Virus record (IMG/VR): IMGVR_UViG_3300010362_000030
Location: 1-47,882 of that record
Source: a virus
Lineage: Duplodnaviria; Caudoviricetes
Reading direction: 5' to 3' (one strand)
Length of the DNA: 47,882 bases
Positions within the stretch are counted from its first letter, which is position 1, and every line of letters begins with the position of its first letter. Below are positions 7,842 through 16,655 of this stretch, piece after piece. The position numbers and the translations under genes are program-made. The notes below the pieces were generated by a model. It was not told the DNA's origin and made no database searches. It worked only from the letters and a program-made list of their open reading frames with translations.

Positions 7842-10800
7842 CGGTGCAGGCAATCCTGCGCAACATGGAGTACTTGTCAGCGCTGGGCCTGGAACCTACG
7901 GCAATCATGCTATAGTTCCGGGACCGGCTGGAACCGTTTTCACGAGTGCTGGTCCTGGTGCCGATCCAATCTGGACTACGATTACGAGTCCTTCGAGCCT
8001 GCCCGAGGCTCCGAACGATACTCACATCTATGGCCGTGGACAGCTTGCTTGGCAACCCCTTGACAGTTTCTTCTACTCTATCAATGGAGGAACTGTTTTT
8101 GGCACCGTAGCTATTCACTCGCCCGCGCCAGCTTTGGTCCTAATTACGACCGCTGACAACCAGCCAGTTGTCCTTGCTGGCACCGATGAGAACCAAGTCA
8201 CTCGTTGGGCTATCTTCCTTAATGACGCTTCTCCTGAGACAGGCGGAAACACCGGCAGCGACTTTGCTATTGCTCGTTATACAGATGCTGGCGCTTTTAT
8301 TGATACTCCATTCAAGATACACAGACAGAACGGCGTAATCTCTGTTAACATGCACATGCTTGATACTTCAGCAGCTGCATTCAGCAATCCTCAGCAGCTT
8401 GTAACAAAAGCCTATGTTGATAACGCTGTCAGTGGCGGAGGTGCTTTCCTTCCTATCACTGGAGGCACGTTAACAGGTGACTTGACAATCACAGCTAATA
8501 ATCCTGCTCTTCGCCTGAACAGCACCGGTGGCAGCCAAGACTTTATCGTCTTGGGTCACAATGGACTTGTTCGCTGGTCCATTATGACACAGACTGCAGA
8601 GACTGGAAGCAACACTGGTTCCGACCTAGGCATTACTCGTTTTAATGATGCTGGTAGTGGCATTGAGACTTCTCTTATCATGTCACGAGCCACTGGCCAG
8701 ATAACGCTCCTTCAGCCACTCAATCTCCCAGGCGATCCAACGCAGCCGCTGCAAGCAGCCACGAAGGCCTACGTCGATGCTCATTCTGGAGGTGGTGGGA
8801 ACGTCTCTAGCTCTGGAGGTCCTACCAACGGCCAGATTGCTCAATGGGTAGATGCTACACACATTCAAGGCATTGCAATAGGCAGCCTTGGTTATCAACC
8901 GCTCGATGCAACCTTGACCGCACTGGCAGGGATTACCACAGGTGCCAACCTCGTCCCGATCTTTACTGGAGTCGATGTAGCCTCACAGATCACAGTGACG
9001 CCTTTCGCGCAGACGTTCCTTGACGACGCGAATGGTGCTGCTGTTTGCACGACGATCGGAGCACAGCCGCTCAACGCGAACCTAACTTCATTGTCAGCTG
9101 CAGCTGCTACCAACTTCATATACTATCGTGGCGTAGGCGGAACTTGGAGTCCAGTTACGATAGGCTCTGGACTTACATTTGCCACTGGTACTCTTTCTGC
9201 CACAGGTGGAGGCGGTGGCATTGCAGATGCTCCTAGCGACGGCGTTCGCTATGTTCGGCAGAATGCTGCATGGGTAAGTGGTGACGCTCAATACGTTGCC
9301 AGGGCTGGCGACACGATGAATGGAGACCTTACTATCAGTAAGGCTTCTCCATCACTTAGGCTATTGCCAAGCTTAGGAACTGTTGCTCGAATTTTGGGTG
9401 TTAATGCTTCTAACATAGCTCGTTGGACTATTAACGTTAACGATGGAACTAGCGAGACTGGAAGTAATGTTGGAGCCAATTTCAGTCTTACTCGTTTCAA
9501 TGATGCTGGAACAGCCATTGATAATCCACTGACCATTCAGCGAAACACTGGGCAAGTCACTTTAACTCAAGCCTTGAACCTTCCAGCTGATCCTACGACA
9601 GCACTGCAAGCAGCGACTAAGCAGTATGTCGATAGCAAGATCGTTGCTGGTGGCGATGCGTTCCTAGGAAACACCCAGACATTTACTGGCGTAAATACCT
9701 TCTCTGGAACTTCAACGCTCTTTACAGGTACTCAGGTAGTTGTAGGCAATACTGCTATCGTTAGCGGTGATACCTCAAGGCTTTCTATTCATGGAGTGTC
9801 GGGTAATCCTCCTTTTGCTATTAATGAGTGGTCACCCGATGCACTTGGGGCAGGAATAAACTTTAACAAGTCTAGAGGAGTCACTGTTGGTTCACATGTT
9901 GCTGCACAGAGCTTAGATGCTGTTGGTGCTTTTCGCTTTCAGGCGTCAGATGGAACTGCGTTTAGGTTAGGTGCTATAATCGAAGCTGATGTTACTGGTG
10001 CTCCTGGCGCTACAGCAGCACCAATGCAACTTCTCTTTTCTACCTCGCCTAATAGTAGTACATCACCAACAGCCCGGATGGTCATTAGGCAAGATGGGAT
10101 TGTTGTTGTTGGTAATACAATTGGTACTCAAGGTGCTGGTGGGCTCATACAAGCTCATGGAATTATTGCTCAGTATCAGTGGTCTGCCGATACAGGCCCT
10201 ACGTACCATCGCTTCATTAAGTCGAAGTCGGCGACTATAGGTACCTTATCTGATGTTGCCGATGGGGATAGTGTAGGGTATATAGAATTCTATGGTGCTT
10301 TTGGTGGGGCCGTTCGCCTCGGCGCAGCAATTCAGTCTTTTGTACGTGGTACTCCAACTGGCTCTATCGTCCCTATGGCTTATGGCTTTCAGACTACTAG
10401 CCCAGCCGGTACATTTGCTCGAAGGCTGACGATTGACTCAAGTGGCTCCGTAGTTATTGGCCCTATGCCATTTGCGTTGAGTAATGGTCTATTTGAAATC
10501 AACAACGAAGCTGCAATGAACGTGGCTGGCGTCTATTGGAACAAGTGGAGCAACGATGCAACTGGTCAAGAGCTAACGCTACAGAAGAGCCGTGGGACTG
10601 CTTCGAATATCTTTACTACAGTGCAGGGTGGTGACATACTAAGCCAGATCGTTACTCTCGGCGCTTACGGCTCTGGAATGGCTACTGGATCAATTCTACG
10701 CACAACTGTTTCTGGTGCTATTACTGCCACTGGCATAACTACTACTTTCTCGTTGTTTGTTGGAGATAGCGTTGGTGGCGCTATAAATACGCTTAATTCA

Positions 10801-11217
10801 TCTGCTGCCGGTGGGACGCAGATTAAGGGAACGGCAGCGGCCGACAATGCCGCTGCTGGCTTCGTTGGTGAGTACCCAACACCGACAGCGTTCAACAGTG
10901 TTATAGTCGCTTCCGGCCCGGCTCTTAATGTGGCTAACATTAGCTTAACGGCTGGAGATTGGGAAGTTTGGACACAGGGGACTATGACAGCAAGTGCTGT
11001 AACGGCAGCGTCGATTGGTCTCAACATTGTTCCTGCCACCCTTCCAAGTGGTTCTGGTCAGGCGCCTAACGTTAATATAGCAGCTGGCATAGGTGTTTTC
11101 TGTGCTGTACGCTCTCGTATGAGTTTGTCAAGTACGACGACCGTTTATTTTGTAGCGCAACATACTGCTGGGAACCTCACCTTTATAGGCGCCATCTTTG
11201 CAAGGAGAGTACGATGA
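7786..11217 (+). CDS. Tail fibre / receptor-binding protein
   Basis: ~1140 aa, Gly/Thr/Ala-rich, repeated ATK.YVD and GGT.TG.L motifs, foldon-like motifs. The true start may be the GTG at 7822 (AAGGAG RBS). Confidence 0.85.
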   Translation: MPAQCCDQGVTSVDGIVSSGAGNPAQHGVLVSAGPGTYGNHAIVPGPAGTVFTSAGPGADPIWTTITSPSSLPEAPNDTHIYGRGQLAWQPLDSFFYSINGGTVFGTVAIHSPAPALVLITTADNQPVVLAGTDENQVTRWAIFLNDASPETGGNTGSDFAIARYTDAGAFIDTPFKIHRQNGVISVNMHMLDTSAAAFSNPQQLVTKAYVDNAVSGGGAFLPITGGTLTGDLTITANNPALRLNSTGGSQDFIVLGHNGLVRWSIMTQTAETGSNTGSDLGITRFNDAGSGIETSLIMSRATGQITLLQPLNLPGDPTQPLQAATKAYVDAHSGGGGNVSSSGGPTNGQIAQWVDATHIQGIAIGSLGYQPLDATLTALAGITTGANLVPIFTGVDVASQITVTPFAQTFLDDANGAAVCTTIGAQPLNANLTSLSAAAATNFIYYRGVGGTWSPVTIGSGLTFATGTLSATGGGGGIADAPSDGVRYVRQNAAWVSGDAQYVARAGDTMNGDLTISKASPSLRLLPSLGTVARILGVNASNIARWTINVNDGTSETGSNVGANFSLTRFNDAGTAIDNPLTIQRNTGQVTLTQALNLPADPTTALQAATKQYVDSKIVAGGDAFLGNTQTFTGVNTFSGTSTLFTGTQVVVGNTAIVSGDTSRLSIHGVSGNPPFAINEWSPDALGAGINFNKSRGVTVGSHVAAQSLDAVGAFRFQASDGTAFRLGAIIEADVTGAPGATAAPMQLLFSTSPNSSTSPTARMVIRQDGIVVVGNTIGTQGAGGLIQAHGIIAQYQWSADTGPTYHRFIKSKSATIGTLSDVADGDSVGYIEFYGAFGGAVRLGAAIQSFVRGTPTGSIVPMAYGFQTTSPAGTFARRLTIDSSGSVVIGPMPFALSNGLFEINNEAAMNVAGVYWNKWSNDATGQELTLQKSRGTASNIFTTVQGGDILSQIVTLGAYGSGMATGSILRTTVSGAITATGITTTFSLFVGDSVGGAINTLNSSAAGGTQIKGTAAADNAAAGFVGEYPTPTAFNSVIVASGPALNVANISLTAGDWEVWTQGTMTASAVTAASIGLNIVPATLPSGSGQAPNVNIAAGIGVFCAVRSRMSLSSTTTVYFVAQHTAGNLTFIGAIFARRVR

Positions 11218-11612
11218 AAATCTCAGTTCAAGAAGCAATCAATATGCTTCAGGCCGTTGGCCAACTTGACAGTTATAAAGATGGCGAGAAGGTATTGCTC
11301 TATAAATATGATGCTCGAACCCGTCTTATTCTTGCTGGCATTCGGCGAAAGCTTCGAGTGGTTCAAGAGGACTATACTGAAGCGAGGAATAAACTGATCG
11401 ACGAGGTGAGTGAGGGCAAGGGTATTCCGCCTATCAATGGTGATCTTACCACTCTTGTCATGCACAACAAGTTTGCAAGGGGCGATATCTGCCTGCTCAA
11501 ATCGGAGATCGACCTTGATATCGAGCCGATGGAGGCTGATGTTCTCAAGCTTGACGAGAACCCAATTCCTGCTGGAGTCCTCGATGGGCTTGGCAGTTTG
11601 CTTAAAATCTAG
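11214..11612 (+). CDS. Hypothetical protein (possible fibre chaperone)
   Basis: ATGA overlap with the fibre gene. Predicted helical. Confidence 0.65.
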   Translation: MKISVQEAINMLQAVGQLDSYKDGEKVLLYKYDARTRLILAGIRRKLRVVQEDYTEARNKLIDEVSEGKGIPPINGDLTTLVMHNKFARGDICLLKSEIDLDIEPMEADVLKLDENPIPAGVLDGLGSLLKI

Positions 11613-11621
11613 GAGGCTGAA

Positions 11622-11915
11622 ATGGCACTGACCTACCTTGAGACATCTGCCCTGATGAACGATGGGGACTTCAAGAGCCGAACGAAAGTGGCTTGCATGA
11701 AGTTTGCAAGCTACATCGAAGGTGAGGCCTCTAACGTCCCAGCCCATAATACCCGCATGAGATGGGCTACGCAGACAATGGCCTCGCCGGACACTTCTGC
11801 TTCGCAGATCATGCCCATGTTGGTAATGGACCCACAGGTTCAGGAACAGGGCAAGGACATTGACGACGCCACGCTGCAAACGGCAGTCGAGACTTGCGTC
11901 AATTCACTGATCTAG
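11622..11915 (+). CDS. Hypothetical protein
   Basis: AGGAGG RBS, 97 aa. Confidence 0.7.
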   Translation: MALTYLETSALMNDGDFKSRTKVACMKFASYIEGEASNVPAHNTRMRWATQTMASPDTSASQIMPMLVMDPQVQEQGKDIDDATLQTAVETCVNSLI

Positions 11916-11924
11916 GAGGCGACG

Positions 11925-12092
11925 ATGCCACTGAAAGAGGGAAAATCGAAGAAGGTCATATCCGAGAACATCTCGGAGCTTCGACATTCAGGGCGACCGC
12001 AGAAGCAGGCTATTGCCATTGCCATGAGTAAGGCTGGCAAGAGCAAGAAGAAATCTCACGCCGATGCTCTCTATGGCCATCTGAGGAAGTGA
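11925..12092 (+). CDS. Small basic protein ([15 protein letters not shown]6496-like); not in ORF track
   Basis: 55 aa [55 protein letters not shown], with an AGGAGG RBS. Fills the gap exactly. Confidence 0.8.
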   Translation: MPLKEGKSKKVISENISELRHSGRPQKQAIAIAMSKAGKSKKKSHADALYGHLRK

Positions 12093-12093
12093 C

Positions 12094-13149
12094 ATGCCTG
12101 CCCTCACTGACATTGACGTTGCCAATCAAAGTCTGGCAATGATCTCGGCTCGTAATACGATTGCGAGCTTTACAGAGAACACGGTTGAGGCTAAGAACGT
12201 CAAGATATTCTATAATCGCATTCGCGATCAAGTTATGACTATGGCTTGGTGGAACTTTGCAAGGCGAACAGACGTTCTTCAATTATTTAAAGCAGCTCCC
12301 GGAACTCCAGAGAACCCTGGAATGCAGGTGCCCTGGACGACAGATGATCCAGCGCCGCCGTGGCTTTATGAGTATCGCTATCCTTTGGATTGCTTGCTGT
12401 TTCGCTACATAACCTTCAGGCCGAACTCGCTCCCGACTCAGACAACTCCGCCGATCAGCAGTACTATCCTTAGCAGCGATAGCTGGTGGCCTGGGCCTCC
12501 TCAGAAGTTCATTGTAGCTAATGACTTCGCTGAGGACGATATCACTAATATCTTTCAGTCTTTTCCGGCGCTGGTCGATACCCAAACCAACCCTGCGAAG
12601 TTTCGGCAAGGAGACTTATTTACGATTACTGGCCTTACGCCTCCTGGAATGCAGGAGCTTGAGGGTAAGGACTTTAGAGCAATGACAGTAATTGACAATC
12701 ATGTTCAGCTCATGGACCCTGTTACCCTTGCGCCTATCAACAGCACTGGCTTCGGCGCCTACAGTGGCGGCGGCCACATACGTTCTGCTGGTTTCAAGGT
12801 AATCCTGACAAATACCACACAGGCCCTTGGCTGTTACACAGCCAGGATCGACGATCCTAATGTCTGGCCAGCCGAGTTCTATAACTGCTTTGCAACTGCC
12901 CTCGCAGCCTTTCTCGCTTTCCCAATCAGTGGGAAACTTGATCTTAAGACTAATCTTCTTCAAGAAGCTAATGGCATGATTATCGAGGCTCGAAGAACTG
13001 ATGGCAACGAGGGAATAACTAATCAGGATGTCATCCCTGATTGGATCAGGGTTCGTGGGCTACAGTATCAGGACTGGTGGGGTTCTGGAGGAGTTGGGTG
13101 GGATCAGGGTGCTTACACATCCTATCCTCCACTGTTTTCGGTCTCGTAA
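12094..13149 (+). CDS. Tail tubular/adaptor protein (T7 gp11-like position) with inserted beta domain
   Basis: DVANQSL..I, WNFARR, W.YEYRYPLDCL and F...FATALA..LA.PI motifs. Confidence 0.8.
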   Translation: MPALTDIDVANQSLAMISARNTIASFTENTVEAKNVKIFYNRIRDQVMTMAWWNFARRTDVLQLFKAAPGTPENPGMQVPWTTDDPAPPWLYEYRYPLDCLLFRYITFRPNSLPTQTTPPISSTILSSDSWWPGPPQKFIVANDFAEDDITNIFQSFPALVDTQTNPAKFRQGDLFTITGLTPPGMQELEGKDFRAMTVIDNHVQLMDPVTLAPINSTGFGAYSGGGHIRSAGFKVILTNTTQALGCYTARIDDPNVWPAEFYNCFATALAAFLAFPISGKLDLKTNLLQEANGMIIEARRTDGNEGITNQDVIPDWIRVRGLQYQDWWGSGGVGWDQGAYTSYPPLFSVS

Positions 13150-15519
13150 ATGCCTGACATTATTCAACCAGCATTTAGCTCTGGCGAACTCACTCCGCGA
13201 ATGTATGCGAGAGTGGACTACGCCAAGTATCATACTGGCGCGGCGCTGCTTGAGAACTTCTACGTTGACTATCGAGGTGGTGTTAACAACAGGGAAGGAA
13301 GTCAATTAGTCACTGAGAGCCTTGCACAGAACAACTTGCCTGTCAGGCTAATTCCCTATATTGTAGACGTACATACGAACTATGTTCTTGAGTTTACTCA
13401 GAGCAATATTCGTATTATTCAGGCCGGACAGCCTGTCTCACCTTTTGTTGGATTGGTCTCAAGTATCACCAACGCTCAGCCTCCAGTAGTCACGTTCACC
13501 GGGCCTCATAACCTTGTGTCAGGTGATTATATTAAATTTGTAGGCGTTGGAGGAATGACAGAACTCAATACAGGGGTTTGGTTCTTTGCAAATGTTATTA
13601 GCCCGACACAACTTCAGCTGTTCCTTAATTCCACTGGAGCAGTTAACGGAACTGTTATGGGAACCTTCACTGGTGGAGGTCAAGTCTTTAAGGTTCTTCG
13701 ACTTACCACGCCGTACATTCCCTCTGATATCGTTTCCTTTAAGTATGATCAGACTGGTCAGGTTGGCGATCTCGGCAACGTGATGACTATTACGGTTTCG
13801 AGTAACACTCCACATTTGCTCAGGAGAATAACCCATACCAACTGGACTCTCTTGCCAGCGACCATAGGCTCCTCTATTGGTCCGCCTTCGGGCGTTTTCG
13901 TAAGCCAGCAACCGCCAACGGCTCCAGCAGGTAATGCCTACTACGCTGCGACAGCTGTCGATGCCTCAGGCGGTGAGAGCATTTCAAGTTGGTCAGCCAC
14001 AGGCCCTGCTGGCATAACTGTGGACTTCTCACAGTCGATTGTTCAGGTTCAGTGGAACCCTGTCGCAGGGGCTGCCTACTACAACATCTATGCTCAGAAA
14101 GCTCCAGCTGGTTTGCCAGATGCGACCTTTGGCGTTTTCGGCTTTATCGGTTCCTCGATAGGAACCTTCTTCGATGATACTGGTATCATTCCAGACTCCT
14201 CGTTTACACCAGTCCTGAACGATATTAATCCTTTCGCCTTCAACGGCTTCCCGAACTGTTGCGCCTACTTCCAGCAGCGACATTGTTTTGCTGGCTTCGC
14301 CTTCAACCCACAAGGGATTGAGTTCACGAAGATCAAGGACTATTTCAACTTCAATTACTCCTTGCCGATTAAGGACGATGACGCGATCAGTATCGTGCTG
14401 GTCTCCAATCAGGTGAATATCGTCCAGCACTTGCTGTCGATGCCGAATGGCTTGATCGCCTTGACTGAGTATGGCGCTTGGCAAATCTCAGGTAGTGGCA
14501 CGATTAATGCTCCAATCACGCCTACAAGCATTGTTGCGACCGCGCAAAGCTATGTTGGCATTTCACCTAACATAGCTCCAATCGTTATTAACTACGATAT
14601 TTGCTATATCTCAGCCCGCGGGAATACTGTTCGAGACCTTGCTTACAACTTTTATACTCAGATTTACACAGGCACTGATATCTCAATTCTCTCAAGCCAT
14701 CTTCTTGACGGCTTCACAGTTAAGGATTGGTGCTATTCTGATACCCCTAATAAGCTCATTTGGATGATGAGGGATGATGGCGTTGCAATCTCAGTTGCAT
14801 TTATGAAGGAGCAGGAGATCAATGGCTGGTCACATCATACAACTTATGGAAAGTATAAGGCTTGTTGCTCCATTGTCGAGGGCGATCATGACGTAGTTTA
14901 CTTCGTTGTGTCAAGACCTACTCCAGGGCCTTTTGGCGAGACTATGTTCATCGAGCGACAGATTGATAGGGCTGCCAAGGTCTTCCAAGACTGTTCAACT
15001 CAGTTCATTAGCAATACTTCAATCACGAAGTTTTATGCTCCACAGTTTGCTAATCAGCCTGTGAGGGCTTTCGTTAATACTCCTACAGCCGTTACTCAGT
15101 TCTACGATCTCACAGCTGACGTTAATGGTTTCGTAACTTTCCCTGTCCCAGTTCTCAATGGTTGGTTAGGCTATTCGTACATCAGCACTTTGCAGAGCCT
15201 TCGCCTTGACCTCGGCGACCCAACACAGCAAGGCAAGCGTAAGAACGTCACCTCGATGACGGTCAGGTTCTATCGGACTGATGGTGCTGAGCTTGGTCCA
15301 AGCATGGATGACCTCCAGCCCTGGAACCCGGACGTTCTGAAGATCGGCGGAACCTTCGAGGACTTCGGGACAATCAGGCAATTCACTGGTGATTACTACG
15401 TTAACATGGGTGGAGGCTGGCAGACGGAAGGTCAGATCTTCATCGAACAGAAGATGTCAAAGCCTTGTACTATCCTCGGTATCATTCCAGATATCGTGCC
15501 TGGAGATACTGTGCGATGA
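13150..15519 (+). CDS. Tail nozzle protein (T7 gp12-like)
   Basis: 789 aa: QPAFSSGELTPRMYARVD start, FQQRH.FAG, EQEINGWSHH and C-terminal P.TILGI. Confidence 0.88.
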   Translation: MPDIIQPAFSSGELTPRMYARVDYAKYHTGAALLENFYVDYRGGVNNREGSQLVTESLAQNNLPVRLIPYIVDVHTNYVLEFTQSNIRIIQAGQPVSPFVGLVSSITNAQPPVVTFTGPHNLVSGDYIKFVGVGGMTELNTGVWFFANVISPTQLQLFLNSTGAVNGTVMGTFTGGGQVFKVLRLTTPYIPSDIVSFKYDQTGQVGDLGNVMTITVSSNTPHLLRRITHTNWTLLPATIGSSIGPPSGVFVSQQPPTAPAGNAYYAATAVDASGGESISSWSATGPAGITVDFSQSIVQVQWNPVAGAAYYNIYAQKAPAGLPDATFGVFGFIGSSIGTFFDDTGIIPDSSFTPVLNDINPFAFNGFPNCCAYFQQRHCFAGFAFNPQGIEFTKIKDYFNFNYSLPIKDDDAISIVLVSNQVNIVQHLLSMPNGLIALTEYGAWQISGSGTINAPITPTSIVATAQSYVGISPNIAPIVINYDICYISARGNTVRDLAYNFYTQIYTGTDISILSSHLLDGFTVKDWCYSDTPNKLIWMMRDDGVAISVAFMKEQEINGWSHHTTYGKYKACCSIVEGDHDVVYFVVSRPTPGPFGETMFIERQIDRAAKVFQDCSTQFISNTSITKFYAPQFANQPVRAFVNTPTAVTQFYDLTADVNGFVTFPVPVLNGWLGYSYISTLQSLRLDLGDPTQQGKRKNVTSMTVRFYRTDGAELGPSMDDLQPWNPDVLKIGGTFEDFGTIRQFTGDYYVNMGGGWQTEGQIFIEQKMSKPCTILGIIPDIVPGDTVR

Positions 15520-15983
15520 TCAGGGTAATACCATCAAGGCCAGGAGATGTTCAACGGGTACTCGAGGGCGCAGAGACTTTCAATCCGAAGGACCTTCAGG
15601 AATGCCAGAGCCCGGAGGCGACGCTCGATGAAGCCGTCTCTAAGAGTGAAAGGACTTGGGTTGTTGTCTCAGGCGAAGATGTTGTCGCACTTGTCGGCGT
15701 GTACCCGCGCGAGGATGGAGGGGCATTTTTCTGGCTTATGCGAAACAATAAGCTTCAGCAATATCCGTATTCCTTTACGAAGAGAACAAGAACCTTTTTC
15801 ATGGACCTTCTTAAGGATTATTCTTATATCACTGCTGTCGTTAATATCCATCATGCTAAGTCTATTCGTTGGCTAAGGTGGCTTGGGTTCGAGTTTGCTG
15901 ATATGTTCCCAAGTGATGACGGGAAAGCGCACTACTACAACGCTTGGATTAGAGGTGGCAAATGGCAGACCCTATCACGCTGA
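15516..15983 (+). CDS. GNAT-like tail/ejection assembly protein (T7 gp13-like)
   Basis: H.KSIRWLRWLGF motif. ATGA overlap with the nozzle gene. Confidence 0.75.
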   Translation: MIRVIPSRPGDVQRVLEGAETFNPKDLQECQSPEATLDEAVSKSERTWVVVSGEDVVALVGVYPREDGGAFFWLMRNNKLQQYPYSFTKRTRTFFMDLLKDYSYITAVVNIHHAKSIRWLRWLGFEFADMFPSDDGKAHYYNAWIRGGKWQTLSR

Positions 15984-16624
15984 TGGCAGTCGCTAGTGTT
16001 GGTGGCTCAATTGCTAGTGGCGTTATGGGTGCTGTTAGCGCCAAGACCAAGGCTAACGCCGAAGCTACTATGGCTATTCGGCAAGGCAAGGCGCAGGCGC
16101 AACAGTATCAGGCCTCGGCGAACCTGTCTGAGTATCAAGCAAAGGTTGCGGAGCAGAATGCTCAGATAGCAAAGGAGAATGCTCAGTATGAACTGGATGC
16201 TGGTGGTGTTCAGGCTGAAGCAGCGTTGCTTAAGATCGGCAAAACGATATCTACTCAGAAGGCAGGCTTTGCAGCTGCTGGCGTTGATGTAGGCTCTGGA
16301 ACGGTCAAGGCAGTTGCGGCTTCGACAAGGATGCTGGGTGATCTCGATGTTATGACTATTATCAATAATGCGAATAGGAAGGCTTTTGGCTATCAAGTTG
16401 ATGCCTACAATTTCATGAATGATGCTACGTTGAAAATGACAGCGGCTGGATATTCGAGGCAAGCTGCGGGGATCGCAGAGACATCTGGTGCAACGGCGGC
16501 TGATCTTGCTCAAACGGCAGGGAATATCTCGGCAATCTCCTCTGTCGTCAGTAGTGCAAGTTCAGTATCGGACAAGTATATAAGCTTCAGCGATAAAGGT
16601 ATCTTCCCTAAATCGTGGAGCTGA
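15962..16624 (+). CDS. Internal virion (ejection) protein, gp14-like
   Basis: MADP start, Ala/Gln-rich helix, Q.AGFAAAGVDVGSGT motif. Confidence 0.8.
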   Translation: MADPITLMAVASVGGSIASGVMGAVSAKTKANAEATMAIRQGKAQAQQYQASANLSEYQAKVAEQNAQIAKENAQYELDAGGVQAEAALLKIGKTISTQKAGFAAAGVDVGSGTVKAVAASTRMLGDLDVMTIINNANRKAFGYQVDAYNFMNDATLKMTAAGYSRQAAGIAETSGATAADLAQTAGNISAISSVVSSASSVSDKYISFSDKGIFPKSWS

Positions 16625-16653
16625 TATATACATTCGTTGAACGAAGGTATATA
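16625..16653. promoter_or_regulatory. 29-bp palindrome copy 1
   Basis: TATATACATTCG-TTGAA-CGAAGGTATATA fills the intergenic gap and overlaps the RBS. Confidence 0.7.
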
Positions 16654-16655
16654 CT

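Noticed and set aside
7786-11915. Diversity-generating retroelement, as in BPP-1-like phages
   Set aside because: I saw no reverse transcriptase motif and no template/variable repeat pair.
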